Under the pieces are notes generated by a model. The model was not told the DNA's origin and ran no database searches. It saw only the letters and a list, made by a program, of their open reading frames with translations. Shown here piece by piece: positions 10,353-20,129 of a stretch of 64,000 bases of DNA. Position numbers and translations under genes: made by a program. Location of the stretch: NCBI GenBank assembly GCA_963764625.1, contig CAVXTH010000005.1, positions 224,001 through 288,000 on the forward strand, written 5' to 3'. The stretch comes from Candidatus Krumholzibacteriota bacterium (lineage in GTDB: Bacteria; Krumholzibacteriota; Krumholzibacteriia; JAJRXK01). The first letter of the stretch is position 1; every line of letters starts with the position of its first letter.

Positions 10353-11540
10353 CTACTGGTCCTGCGCGTCTCGCAGTTCGTAGAAGCGCGCGCAGGCGGT
10401 CTCCGCCTCGGCCTGCCGGTCGAGACGGCCAAGAGCACGGCACTGTATCTGCCATGCGTTCAGATGGTCCGGATCGAGGTCGGTCACCTGTTTGGCGTAT
10501 TCGATGGCCTTCTCGTAATTCTCCATCTGGAAATAGGAAACGGAAATCCGGTCGTAGAAGTCGATCCGCTCGGCGTCGGTCTTGGCCACGTCGAGGGCCA
10601 GCTTGAAGGCGTCGATGGCCTTCTCGTACTGATCGCTCCGGAAGTAGGCGCGCGCCGTCTCGGCGTAGACGTAGTCGTAGCGGCCGTCTTCGTTGATCAC
10701 GGGAGCAAGAGCGATCTGATTGAGCGCTCGCTGGAAGAACTCCGCCGCTCCCTTATCGTCGCCCTGTTCCTTCTGCGATCGGGCCAAAGTCAACATGAGA
10801 GTGATGTCGTCGGGATTCTCTTCGAGGAGATCTTCATAGATTTTGCGCGCTTCCTCGTCACGATCGAGCATGCGCAGAATGGCCGCCTTGACTTCGACGA
10901 ATGTGCGTTTGGTATCCGCATCCTTCACTTGTGGCATAGCCTTGTCGACCTGCGTCAAGAGATCGGAGGCTTGGTCCTTGGCCTTGGCCTCATCTTCCTT
11001 GTTGTCGGAGTTCTGTGCGAGTCGGTAGGCGTCGGTGATCTGCTGATAGGTGAGCTGGACGATGTTGAGTTGTGCCCGGGCGCCATTCTCCCCTTCGGGA
11101 TCGACCTGATAGGCAAGCTTGTAATACTCGAGGGCCGCGGCGGGATTGTCGTTGCGCAGCAGCTTCGATCCCTCGTTGAACACGCGGGCAAAGTTCGAAG
11201 ACATGTTGAGCCTGGCCTCGTCCGCCCAGAGCGCGGAGTCGATTTTTGCCGCTTCCATGTAGTGCTTGGTCGCCGCGATGAACTTCACGCGCGCCGAATC
11301 CATTTCGCCGTTGGCGAGGTGCCCCTTGGCCATCTCGCTGAGAGTGAACGCGAGCTGGAAGTGGGCCTCGCCGTTGTTCGGCTCCTCGGAGAGGGCGACT
11401 CTGTAACAGGCCTCCGCCTTGGGAAGCATCCCTTGGTCCAGATAGATGTTGCCGGAGTTGACGAAGGGGTGCTTACAACCAAAGATCCCCGCAAGAAGTG
11501 CCAATGCAAGCACGATCACGGTTCTCGAACTCATTCGCAT
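10353..11540 (-). CDS. TPR-repeat lipoprotein
   Basis: Signal MRMSSRTVIVLALALLAGIFG-C with GGAGA SD; multiple TPR-like helix pairs (AEACYRVALSEEPNNGEAHFQLA, YEKAIEYAKQVTDLDPDH). Confidence 0.8.
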   Translation of the reverse strand: MRMSSRTVIVLALALLAGIFGCKHPFVNSGNIYLDQGMLPKAEACYRVALSEEPNNGEAHFQLAFTLSEMAKGHLANGEMDSARVKFIAATKHYMEAAKIDSALWADEARLNMSSNFARVFNEGSKLLRNDNPAAALEYYKLAYQVDPEGENGARAQLNIVQLTYQQITDAYRLAQNSDNKEDEAKAKDQASDLLTQVDKAMPQVKDADTKRTFVEVKAAILRMLDRDEEARKIYEDLLEENPDDITLMLTLARSQKEQGDDKGAAEFFQRALNQIALAPVINEDGRYDYVYAETARAYFRSDQYEKAIDAFKLALDVAKTDAERIDFYDRISVSYFQMENYEKAIEYAKQVTDLDPDHLNAWQIQCRALGRLDRQAEAETACARFYELRDAQDQ

Positions 11541-11745
11541 GCCGGGTTCTCCCCATTTGACGCTCGCTGCGCGGACGAGCAGACGCAGTCGACGATGACT
11601 CCTCATCACACTAGTGCTCGACGGACGGACCCAAACTCGATCCTCAGTTGCATTGGGAAGCAGGAGTAGAAGAGTGCGTGAGGTGCTTTCCGAAAGAGAT
11701 CCCCGCGAGCCTTCCCGGCCGGGGAACCTCCGCCGTACCGCTCTA

Positions 11746-11775
11746 GGTATAAGCGCCACGGCGAGGATTTGTCAA
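11746..11775 (-). promoter_or_regulatory. Possible sigma70-type promoter for the TPR lipoprotein gene
   Basis: TTGACA-N18-TATACC on the minus strand in the intergenic region; -10 box imperfect. Confidence 0.4.
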
Positions 11776-11856
11776 CTAATCGAACTCTTGGTGCCCACTG
11801 ACCTCACCCCCTGAGGGCTCGCCAGGGCCGGCGACAAGATAGTGCCCCCTACCACC

Positions 11857-13884
11857 TCAGAGCAAGTGCTGAGGATCGACATCGAGCGCGAGATCCACTT
11901 TCGAGCGGCCTTTTCCCGCGCTTGAGAGCTCGGCCAAGAGTTCGCCCAGCACCCGCTTCCCTTCCGCGCTCAAATTGCCCTTGAGCAGAATCTGCCCGCG
12001 AAATCGCCGATTGATGCGCGGCAGCGCGGCGCGCGCCGGCCCCAGGATCTCCACCTTGCTGGAGCGGAGAAGTCTGGCCAGCCGACGGGCGAGCTTCGCC
12101 AGGCAGGCGTCGAGTCCTTCCTCACTCGCGGCGCTCACCAGAATGGCGCTGAGCCGCTTGACCGGCGGATAGCCCAGGAGTTGGCGCTGCTCCAATTCCT
12201 CGGCGAGGAACCCTTCCACGTCGTGGCCGAGCACGCGGCGCAGCACCCGGTGGTCGGGATCGTAGGTCTGGAGAATCACGCGGCCCGGCGAGGTCCTGCC
12301 ACTCCGGCCAGCAACCTGGGTCAGCAGTTGGAACGCGCGTTCGTGGGCGCGCAGGTCGGGGAAATGAAGCCCTGAGTCGGCGCTGATGACGCCCACCACC
12401 CGCACCCGTGGAAAGTGCAGGCCCTTGGCCACCATCTGCGTGCCCAGCAGGATATCGGCATCGCCACGTCCGAATTGCTCGAGAATCTCCTGGTGTCCCC
12501 GTTTGGTGGAGCTCGTATCCTGATCCAGCCGCAGGATTCGCGCCTCGGGGAAACGGGATTGCAGCGCCAATTCCACCCTTTGCGTGCCCGTGCCGTGCGG
12601 CCGTAGAACTTTCTTCCCGCAATCCGGGCAGCTCTCCGGCCGGCGGCGGCGATGACCGCAGTAGTGACAGCGCAACAGATCGCTCTTCAGGTGCCAGGTC
12701 AGCGAGATGTCGCACGAGGGACAGGTCTCGACGTGTCCGCACGCATGACACTGCAAGAAGCGGGCGAAACCACGCCGATTGTGCAACAGGATGGCCTGCT
12801 CCTTGTCGTTCAGCACCTCCTGAAGTGCTTCGGCGAGCCGGGTTCCCAGAGGAGCGTCGCCGCCCTCTTCCCTCAGTCGAAGATCGACGATTTCCACTCT
12901 TGGCAAATCCACCATGCCCATGCGCGAAGGCAGGACGAGGCGCCGATGCTTGCCCGACCGGGCATTGTAGTAACTCTCGAGGCTGGGGGTGGCCGAACCC
13001 AGGACGATGGGAATTGAGGCCAGCCGCGCGCGCATCAGGACGAGGTCACGCGCATGGTATCGCGGTCGATCGTCGGCCTTGTAGCTGGAGTCATGTTCTT
13101 CGTCGACCACGATCAATCCCAGGTTCTTCAAGGGAACGAACGCGCTGCTGCGCGCTCCCACCACGATCGAGATCTGTCCGGTCGCGGCGGCTTCCCACAC
13201 GGCGCAACGTTCTCCGTGACTCAGACGGGAGTGGTACGGCGCCACCCTCCCGGGAAACCTCGCCCGCAATCGGCGCAGCGTCTGGGGCGTGAGCGCAATC
13301 TCGGGCAACAGGACCAGGGCGGACTTGCCCATGTCGAGTGCGCGCTGAATCGCTTGCAGGTAGACCTCGGTCTTTCCACTGCCGGTGACCCCGTGCAACA
13401 GGAAGCTCTCGTACTCCTGGCGTTTTAGGGCCTGAAGGACATGGCCCAGTGCCTCCTCCTGGGCTTCCGAGAGCCGGTGGGGCGTCTGGGAGATCGAGTC
13501 GTCCGCCTTCAGAGGAGACTTGCGGGCGGAGGTGCCCGGCCGGGGAGGAAAGAACAGCGCCAGGGCCTCGCCGAGGGAACAGGCGTAGTACGAAGCGATC
13601 CAGCTGCCCAAGGACATCGCCACCGGGTCGAGGCGATAGGCTTCCCCCAGCTCCCCTTTGAGCTCCTTGAGGGCCGCAACTTGCGGCCTCTCCGTGCTCA
13701 GGGAGGTCACTACTCCGACCCGTTCACGCCGGCCGAAGGGGACGCGCACCACGCAGCCGGGCGCGAGCGATTCGAGCAGCTCCGCCGGCACGCCATAACT
13801 GAAGGTCTGCGGTAGCGGGAGGGCGAGCGCCACCTCGCAGTAGCGAGCGTGGGGACTCTCCTTCCGGCTGGTCTTTGGCTCCAT
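11857..13884 (-). CDS. priA: Primosomal protein N' (replication restart helicase)
   Basis: GVTGSGKTEVY, LLPEIALTPQ, VDEEHDSSYK, GSATPSLES, four CxxC pairs, GTQMVAKGLHFP, QVAGRSGR. Confidence 0.96.
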   Translation of the reverse strand: MEPKTSRKESPHARYCEVALALPLPQTFSYGVPAELLESLAPGCVVRVPFGRRERVGVVTSLSTERPQVAALKELKGELGEAYRLDPVAMSLGSWIASYYACSLGEALALFFPPRPGTSARKSPLKADDSISQTPHRLSEAQEEALGHVLQALKRQEYESFLLHGVTGSGKTEVYLQAIQRALDMGKSALVLLPEIALTPQTLRRLRARFPGRVAPYHSRLSHGERCAVWEAAATGQISIVVGARSSAFVPLKNLGLIVVDEEHDSSYKADDRPRYHARDLVLMRARLASIPIVLGSATPSLESYYNARSGKHRRLVLPSRMGMVDLPRVEIVDLRLREEGGDAPLGTRLAEALQEVLNDKEQAILLHNRRGFARFLQCHACGHVETCPSCDISLTWHLKSDLLRCHYCGHRRRRPESCPDCGKKVLRPHGTGTQRVELALQSRFPEARILRLDQDTSSTKRGHQEILEQFGRGDADILLGTQMVAKGLHFPRVRVVGVISADSGLHFPDLRAHERAFQLLTQVAGRSGRTSPGRVILQTYDPDHRVLRRVLGHDVEGFLAEELEQRQLLGYPPVKRLSAILVSAASEEGLDACLAKLARRLARLLRSSKVEILGPARAALPRINRRFRGQILLKGNLSAEGKRVLGELLAELSSAGKGRSKVDLALDVDPQHLL

Positions 13885-13890
13885 GGCCAC

Positions 13891-13896
13891 AGTATA
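13891..13896 (-). promoter_or_regulatory. -10 box (TATACT) 6 nt before the priA ATG; candidate leaderless transcript
   Basis: Minus strand reads TATACT-GTGGCC-ATG with no SD in between. Confidence 0.45.
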
Positions 13897-13923
13897 GACC
13901 CCACAGCCCGAGGGGTCGAAGCT

Positions 13924-14301
13924 CTAGGCCTTCGGGGTCGGAGCCAAAAACCTCAGGACGAGCTCAGCCAGCTTGTTGGGGCTGAAGGGCTTGGTGAGAT
14001 AGACGTCGCAGTTCACCTCTTCGCCCCTCTGCCGGTCGGCTTCCTTGTCCCGAGCCGTCAACAGGAAGACCGGTATGTGCTTGGTCTCGTCCTTGGCCTT
14101 GATGGCCCGGCACACTTCGAAGCCATCCAGTTTGGGCATCATCACGTCCAGGACGATCAGATCGGGCATCAAGTCGAGCGCTTTCTGAAGCGCCTGTTCT
14201 CCGTCCGCGACCGTGAAGACCTCGAAGCCTTCGCTGCTCAGAGAGAACTCCAAGATGTTGCGGATATAGAGTTCATCATCCACGACGAGAATCTTTCTCA
14301 T
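13924..14301 (-). CDS. Single-domain response regulator (receiver only)
   Basis: MRKILVVDDE...LDVMMPKLDG...LTA...KPF; the ATG at 14301 overlaps the stop of the upstream kinase gene. Confidence 0.92.
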   Translation of the reverse strand: MRKILVVDDELYIRNILEFSLSSEGFEVFTVADGEQALQKALDLMPDLIVLDVMMPKLDGFEVCRAIKAKDETKHIPVFLLTARDKEADRQRGEEVNCDVYLTKPFSPNKLAELVLRFLAPTPKA

Positions 14302-16694
14302 CTCTGCACGTCCTCCTCCACCCTGCCGTCGGCTGCACCAACCAGCATGGGATGCTCGGTCTGCTTCTCCGCCTCCAGGGCGGATTCGTGTCTGCGGTTC
14401 AAGAGCGTTCGGAACGCGCCTTCGCGTTCCGCGATTGCTTGCAGGAAATAAAGGCCGAGCTCGGGGCAAAAGCGCCGGCCGAGGGCTTCCTTCAGAAGAG
14501 CGGTGGCCTCGTCGAAGTCCAGGGGAGGCCGACCCGGCCGGCCGTGAACCATGGCGCTGAACGCGTCGACGAGTCGAATGATCCTAGCTCCCCGCGGGAT
14601 GGCCGACCCCTCCATGGCATCGGGGTAGCCACTGCCGTCCCAATTTTCGTGGTGGTGATAGAGCATGGCTTCCACCGTGCCGTCCACCTCGAGCCCGCGC
14701 GCGAGCTGGGCGCCTCGCCGTGAGTGCTCGCGAATGCGCGTCTGATCGGCGGCACTCAGAGGGGTTGCCTTCGCAAGAACGCCCTCATCGACGGTTGAAA
14801 GCCCCAGGTCGTAGATGCGCAGTGCATAGCTGAGCGAACGAATCTCGGATTCCTCGGCGCCCGCAGCCCGCGCGGTCTGAAGTCCACACCGCGCGATGAT
14901 TTCTCGCAGGGCGGTGCGTCGATGACGGCTCAAGTCGACGGTGGCGCGAAAAGCCTCCCGGGCCTGCGCCATGTGATCGTGGCTCTCCTCGAAGCTCTCG
15001 TAACTCGCCCAGGCTCGTTCGATGCGCAGAGCCAACGCTTCCAGCAAAAGCCGATCCTCTTCGTCGAAGGTGCGACTCTCGCTCTGGTTGTTGACGTTGA
15101 GGACTCCCACGACTTTCTTGCGGTCGAAGATGGGAACGCTGAGCACTCCGTAGCCCTGGTATTGCTCCTCGTTCACTTCGGTGGCGAAATTCCCCTCGCG
15201 TCTGAGGTCCTCCAGAAGCAGCGCTTTCCCGCTCGAGAAGACCCTCCCCGCCACGCCTTCTCCGGGAATCACGCGCGTATCGCGAACCACTTCCTCGTCC
15301 AGACCCACTGCGGCCTGAATCCGCAGGCAGCGCTCCCTCTCGTCGTAGGTCATGATGGAAGCGATGCCGCACCCCATGAGCTCGGCCACCAGAGCCACCG
15401 AAGCGTCCAGGAGCCCCAAGAGTTCGGCGCGGATGTCCCGGTGGGTCCTCCGGGTCACCGCGTTGCGAAGGACGGCTCGGCGCCGGGGAAGGTTCACGCA
15501 GAAGCGTGCGCCCCCGCCCTCGCCGCGTTCCACCCAGATGCGCCCGTTGTGATCACTGACGATTTGTTGACACAGAGAAAGTCCCAGTCCTTGCCCTCCG
15601 TGCGTGCGCGTGGAAGACTGGTCCACTTGATAGAATCGGTCGAAGACGCGACTGGTCTCGCCCTCGGGCACTCCATCGCCGGTGTCCTCCACCTCCAGGG
15701 CAATGGCTCCCTCGACCTCGCGCAAGCTGATGGTCACGAGCCCATCGGAGGGAGAAAACTTGATCGCGTTTTCCAAGAGTTCGAGCACTACCTGGGCGAG
15801 GGCTTCCCGGTCGCCTTCGCAGAATACGCTCGCCGACGGAAGTTGCGCGTGGCACCGCAGCGACTTCTCCCGGCACAGAGGGCCCATTCGCGAGACCGCC
15901 TCGCGGACCATTTCAGCGAAGTCGAACTTCTCTCGGCGCTTGCTGTCGGCCGGATGTTCCCTTCGCGCCACCGCCAGGAGGTCCTCCACCCGGTCGTGAA
16001 GCTTTCGGCTCTCCTCGAGAATCACCTGCAGGAACTCGGCCTTGAGTTGTTCGTCCATCGTGCCGTGCTGGGCCAGAAGCCCCTCGCAGTAGGCCTGAAT
16101 CGAGGTAAGGGGAGTGCGCAGCTCGTGACTGATGCCATCCAAGAATTCTTCCTGTTGGGTCTCGAGCTCCTCGACTCTGCGTTGATATCCGGAGAGTTCG
16201 CGCACGCTCTTGCTCAACTCTTCGTTGCGGTTCATGCTTTCCAGCGCGAGGGAAGCCTGTTCCGCCAGACGCTCTCCGAGGCGTAACTCCTCCTGAGCCG
16301 GCAGACCCTTACTCTCAAATTCGGTGAGCTGAATCATCCCCAGGATCGACTGGTCGCTTCCCAGGAAGGGGAAGTAAAGTTGGAAGCCCTTGCCGGCCTC
16401 CCTATTCTTCCCGGGAACGAGATAGCAGAGTCCGTTGCGATTCTCCTCGGCGAGGATCGCCTCGAGCTGGGTGGGGGCAAGATCGCCGCCCCACGATTCC
16501 TCGCGGGGACGTCCGCTCGCCGCCCAGACCTCGAGCAGCCCGGTGACTGGTTCCCGCAGGCGCAAGCACGCGGCCGCAAATCCCAGAGTTTCGCGGAACG
16601 AGCTCGTAACGCGTCCCACGAGCGCCTTGCGGTCACGGCAGCGCAGAAAACTGGCCGTCGCTTCGAGTAGACGGTCTACTTCCGCCGCACCCAC
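14298..16694 (-). CDS. Cytoplasmic GAF-HisKA-HATPase-GAF-(degenerate) HD-GYP fusion protein
   Basis: H-box ISHELRTPLT, N-box LLENAIKF, EDTGDG, FDRFYQ, GQGLGL; GAF (GEGVAGRV...VLNVNN); C-terminal YDLGL...HHENWDGSGYP...IPRGARIIRLVDAF. Confidence 0.88.
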   Translation of the reverse strand: MGAAEVDRLLEATASFLRCRDRKALVGRVTSSFRETLGFAAACLRLREPVTGLLEVWAASGRPREESWGGDLAPTQLEAILAEENRNGLCYLVPGKNREAGKGFQLYFPFLGSDQSILGMIQLTEFESKGLPAQEELRLGERLAEQASLALESMNRNEELSKSVRELSGYQRRVEELETQQEEFLDGISHELRTPLTSIQAYCEGLLAQHGTMDEQLKAEFLQVILEESRKLHDRVEDLLAVARREHPADSKRREKFDFAEMVREAVSRMGPLCREKSLRCHAQLPSASVFCEGDREALAQVVLELLENAIKFSPSDGLVTISLREVEGAIALEVEDTGDGVPEGETSRVFDRFYQVDQSSTRTHGGQGLGLSLCQQIVSDHNGRIWVERGEGGGARFCVNLPRRRAVLRNAVTRRTHRDIRAELLGLLDASVALVAELMGCGIASIMTYDERERCLRIQAAVGLDEEVVRDTRVIPGEGVAGRVFSSGKALLLEDLRREGNFATEVNEEQYQGYGVLSVPIFDRKKVVGVLNVNNQSESRTFDEEDRLLLEALALRIERAWASYESFEESHDHMAQAREAFRATVDLSRHRRTALREIIARCGLQTARAAGAEESEIRSLSYALRIYDLGLSTVDEGVLAKATPLSAADQTRIREHSRRGAQLARGLEVDGTVEAMLYHHHENWDGSGYPDAMEGSAIPRGARIIRLVDAFSAMVHGRPGRPPLDFDEATALLKEALGRRFCPELGLYFLQAIAEREGAFRTLLNRRHESALEAEKQTEHPMLVGAADGRVEEDVQR

Positions 16695-16697
16695 GGT

Positions 16698-17081
16698 TCA
16701 GTCCACCCTGCGGGCGCTGAGTAGACCCTCGACCTGGTCGAGGAGAGATGAGATCTGGAAGGGTTTCCGGACGAAGAGATCGGCTCCGGCGGCAAGAGCT
16801 TCCTCGCGGTCGGAGGAGCGCGTCTTGGCCGTGAGCGCCACGATCAACAACCCCTTGTGCTGCGCGTTGCTTCGCAAGAGGCGGATGGTCTCGAGGCCGT
16901 CGAGCTTGGGCATCATGATGTCCATGAGAATGGCGTCGGGTGCGAAGGTGGAGACCTTGTTCATGCACTCCACGCCATCCTCGGCGCGAGCGACAATATA
17001 GCCTTCGTTCTCCAGCGAGAAGCTCAAGACCCTCGCCAGAGGTTCTTCGTCCTCTACGACAAGGATGCGGGGCGTAACCAT
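16698..17081 (-). CDS. Single-domain response regulator (receiver only)
   Basis: ILVVEDE...MDIMMPKLDG...LTAK...KPF. Confidence 0.92.
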   Translation of the reverse strand: MVTPRILVVEDEEPLARVLSFSLENEGYIVARAEDGVECMNKVSTFAPDAILMDIMMPKLDGLETIRLLRSNAQHKGLLIVALTAKTRSSDREEALAAGADLFVRKPFQISSLLDQVEGLLSARRVD

Positions 17082-20000
17082 CGCTCCCCCTCCTTCAGTC
17101 TTTCCCAGCTGAGACGATCGAGCGCGCCATTTTCCAACAGGACATCCAAGAAAATTCGTACCACTTCCGCGTCAAATTGCGAGCCCGCGTTCTGAACCAG
17201 TTCCTCGGCCGCTTCGGCCGGTGTCAGGGTCACGCGATACGCTCGCAGAGAGGTCATCGACTCATAGGCGTCCACCACGGAGACGATTCTCGCGGGCAGG
17301 GGAATGTGTTCCCCTTTGAGTCCGTGCGGATACCCCGATCCGTCCACCCTCTCGTGGTGGTAGCGCACGATCTCTTCCAGCTCGTTCGCGCTCATGAAGG
17401 GCTCCAACATCTCCACCCCGATCGCGGGGTGGGAGCGCAATTCCTCGCGCTCATCCTCGCTGAGCGGTCCGCGCTTGCGGATGATGTCCTCTTTCAGTCT
17501 AGTCATGCCCACATCGTGGATGACGAATGCGTACTGCAGGGCAAGGACCTGTTGGCGGGTGAGTCCTAGTCGGCAGCCCAGGTCCATGGCGTATCGCACC
17601 GACCGCGGAGAAGTCCGCACTTCAGAAGCGTGCAGCTCGACGAGCGACTGCAGGGCGTCGACGGTTCGATCGAGCGTGCCCTTGCTGTTCTCGTAGGCCA
17701 AAGCCTTCGCCAGCGCGACCGTCACCTTCTCGGTCAACGTGATCAGAAGGCTCAGGTCGTCGGCGTAGAATGAATCGCCGGTGACCTTGTTGTTGCAATT
17801 GACCACCCCGATGACTTCCCCGTTCATGAACAGAGGCACGCTGACCAAGGAGTTGGTGTCGTACTGATCGGTGTGACTACGCGATTCCAGTCCTTCGGTG
17901 TCGGCCACGTTGTCGATGAGAAGAGGCCGCCCACTCGCCACGACGCGTCCCGCGATCCCTTCGCCAACCCTCACTCGCGCGTCCTTCACGATCGCCTCTT
18001 CCAGTCCATACGCAATCTGCACGAAGAGCTCGGAGCGATCCTTCGAGAGCAGCATGACGGATACGATCTTACAATCCATGTAGTCGGCGACCATGCGAAC
18101 CAAGAGCTGCACGAGTCGCTCGAATTCCGCGCTTCGCGTCACCTCGCCGAGCACGGTTTCCGGCTGACTGTTGACGTGGTGCTCCTTGGGAATCGTGAAA
18201 CTGAAGGCGGCGCCCTTGCCGTAGCCTCCGTCCACGTTCACTTTCCCTCCGTGCGCGGTCACGATGTTGCGCACGATGGAGAGTCCCAAACCCGTTCCCT
18301 CACTGCGCTCGATTCCGTCGCCGTAGTCCCGCACGCGATAGAACTGGTTGAAGATTTTCTGAACCTCGTCCTCCGGAATGCCGGGGCCCATGTCGCGCAC
18401 CGTGACGTTGATGGAGGTGGCGACCTCTTCCGCGCTGACAGTGATCGTGCTGTTCTTGGGGCTGAACTTCAGGGCGTTGCTCAAGAGGTTCAGCATGACC
18501 TGCTTCATTAAGTCGCGATCGACTTCGATCCGGGGGAGGCTCGCGGGCAGGTCCAAATTAACCCGCACGTCCGTCTTTTCCAATTCGGGCCGCAGTGTCG
18601 CGAGCACCTCATCGAGCATGTCCTCCAGCTGACAATGGTGCCGCTGGAGCACGCGCTGATTGAATTCGATCTTGGAGTAGTCGAGGATGCGATTGACCAT
18701 TCTGAGTAGACGATCCGCCTCGGATCGAATCACGCCCAAGAACTCGCGACGCTCGGGAAATTCGGCGCGATCCGCCGCGAGAAGCAGCGCGTCTGTGTAG
18801 GCGCCAATGCTGGTCAGGGGGGTCTTGAGTTCGTGACTCGCCATGCTCACGAACTCCGCCTGCATCTTGTTGAGGCGGTCCAGATTCTCGTTCTCCGAAT
18901 GCAGATTGGTGATCTCGCCGCGCAAACGGGTCAGTCGAGACTCGGCGACCAGGAGCGGCTTGAGTTGAGTTGCGAGTCGCAGGAGATGCAAGACCACGTC
19001 GTTGCGTCGTTTCACCGGATGGCTCAGACCGGTGAGAAGCACGACCACGGCCTTGCCGCTCTGGCTCACCGGAGTGGCGAGATAGATATCCGCGCCGTCG
19101 AAATTGCCGAAGAGCCCATCGCTCTGCAGCAGCGAAAACGGACCCTCCCAGAGATCTCCCGTCTCTCCGAAGCGCAGGCTCTTGAAGAAATCACTCTTCT
19201 CGGTGTGAAACTCGCTCCAGGTCGGAATGACCTGGCGGCGCGTGATGCTCACTGCGCGTTGCCTGGTCAGGCCCTCGTGCCAATCGCTTCCCGGTCGGCC
19301 TCCCACCGTATCGTCCCCCGCCGGGAAGACGATCGCCGCCGCGAAACACACGCTGGGATGCGTGGTGAGATTCTGGACGACTTCCTCCAGGAGGTCCTCC
19401 GGGCCCACGCTCTCGACCTCTTCCAGCCTCAGGTCCTGAACGTCCCCCGTCCTGAAGCTCTGGATCCGGAAGCGTCCTTGCCGGAAACCGTCGCGGAAGA
19501 ACCCGAAATTGGGTCGGAAGCGATAGATCGTGAATACGATCAGGCTCAACACCGCGGCGATCATGAGCCCGATCCCGAGCGCGACGTCAGGAGTGCGGAA
19601 GAGAGCGTCGACTTCGGGCGGATAGACCGTGGTGTGCGGGATGCTCCCCGCGTTCTCCATCGCCACGAGCGCGAGGAATCCGACCGTCGTTCCGGCTACG
19701 ACTCCGTAGCTCTGTTTCGTGTCGTCCGTCATCGCGGTGCTCAGGATGGCGGGGAGCGCGAGCATGAAGAGGAAGGGGCTACTGGTCAGACCGGTGAAAT
19801 CGACCAGCAGAAGGGTCGTGATGACGTCGGCCGTGATCCAGGACAAGAAGAGCAGTTTGGAGCCTTCCACCCCACGCTCGTGCAGCAGATGTCGCCGGCC
19901 CGCGTGCCAGAAGAAGAAATTCCACACGAAGGCGAGGGCGAATATGATGGCGACCGGTCTGGCGTCGAAGTGAATGTAACTCAGCTCGCGAGCGGAAAAG

Positions 20001-20089
20001 ACGATGAGCGCGGTGATCGACAACTCTACCCAGCGAACGTTTCTCACCAGGTAGCGAAAGCTGGAATAACTCTGTCGAAGCGTCTTCAT
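17054..20089 (-). CDS. Membrane-bound HisKA-HATPase-GAF-HD-GYP fusion protein
   Basis: About 6 N-terminal hydrophobic segments; ASHELKTPLT, NLLSNALKF, DMGPGI, GTGLGL; GAF (GEGIAGRV...VVNCNNK...F..DD); HDVGM...HHERVDGSGYP...IPLPARIVSVVDAY. Confidence 0.9.
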   Translation of the reverse strand: MKTLRQSYSSFRYLVRNVRWVELSITALIVFSARELSYIHFDARPVAIIFALAFVWNFFFWHAGRRHLLHERGVEGSKLLFLSWITADVITTLLLVDFTGLTSSPFLFMLALPAILSTAMTDDTKQSYGVVAGTTVGFLALVAMENAGSIPHTTVYPPEVDALFRTPDVALGIGLMIAAVLSLIVFTIYRFRPNFGFFRDGFRQGRFRIQSFRTGDVQDLRLEEVESVGPEDLLEEVVQNLTTHPSVCFAAAIVFPAGDDTVGGRPGSDWHEGLTRQRAVSITRRQVIPTWSEFHTEKSDFFKSLRFGETGDLWEGPFSLLQSDGLFGNFDGADIYLATPVSQSGKAVVVLLTGLSHPVKRRNDVVLHLLRLATQLKPLLVAESRLTRLRGEITNLHSENENLDRLNKMQAEFVSMASHELKTPLTSIGAYTDALLLAADRAEFPERREFLGVIRSEADRLLRMVNRILDYSKIEFNQRVLQRHHCQLEDMLDEVLATLRPELEKTDVRVNLDLPASLPRIEVDRDLMKQVMLNLLSNALKFSPKNSTITVSAEEVATSINVTVRDMGPGIPEDEVQKIFNQFYRVRDYGDGIERSEGTGLGLSIVRNIVTAHGGKVNVDGGYGKGAAFSFTIPKEHHVNSQPETVLGEVTRSAEFERLVQLLVRMVADYMDCKIVSVMLLSKDRSELFVQIAYGLEEAIVKDARVRVGEGIAGRVVASGRPLLIDNVADTEGLESRSHTDQYDTNSLVSVPLFMNGEVIGVVNCNNKVTGDSFYADDLSLLITLTEKVTVALAKALAYENSKGTLDRTVDALQSLVELHASEVRTSPRSVRYAMDLGCRLGLTRQQVLALQYAFVIHDVGMTRLKEDIIRKRGPLSEDEREELRSHPAIGVEMLEPFMSANELEEIVRYHHERVDGSGYPHGLKGEHIPLPARIVSVVDAYESMTSLRAYRVTLTPAEAAEELVQNAGSQFDAEVVRIFLDVLLENGALDRLSWERLKEGERWLRPASLS

Positions 20090-20129
20090 TTTCCGCCTAC
20101 TTCTTGCCCCGTCCGCGCAAAGCCGCGCG

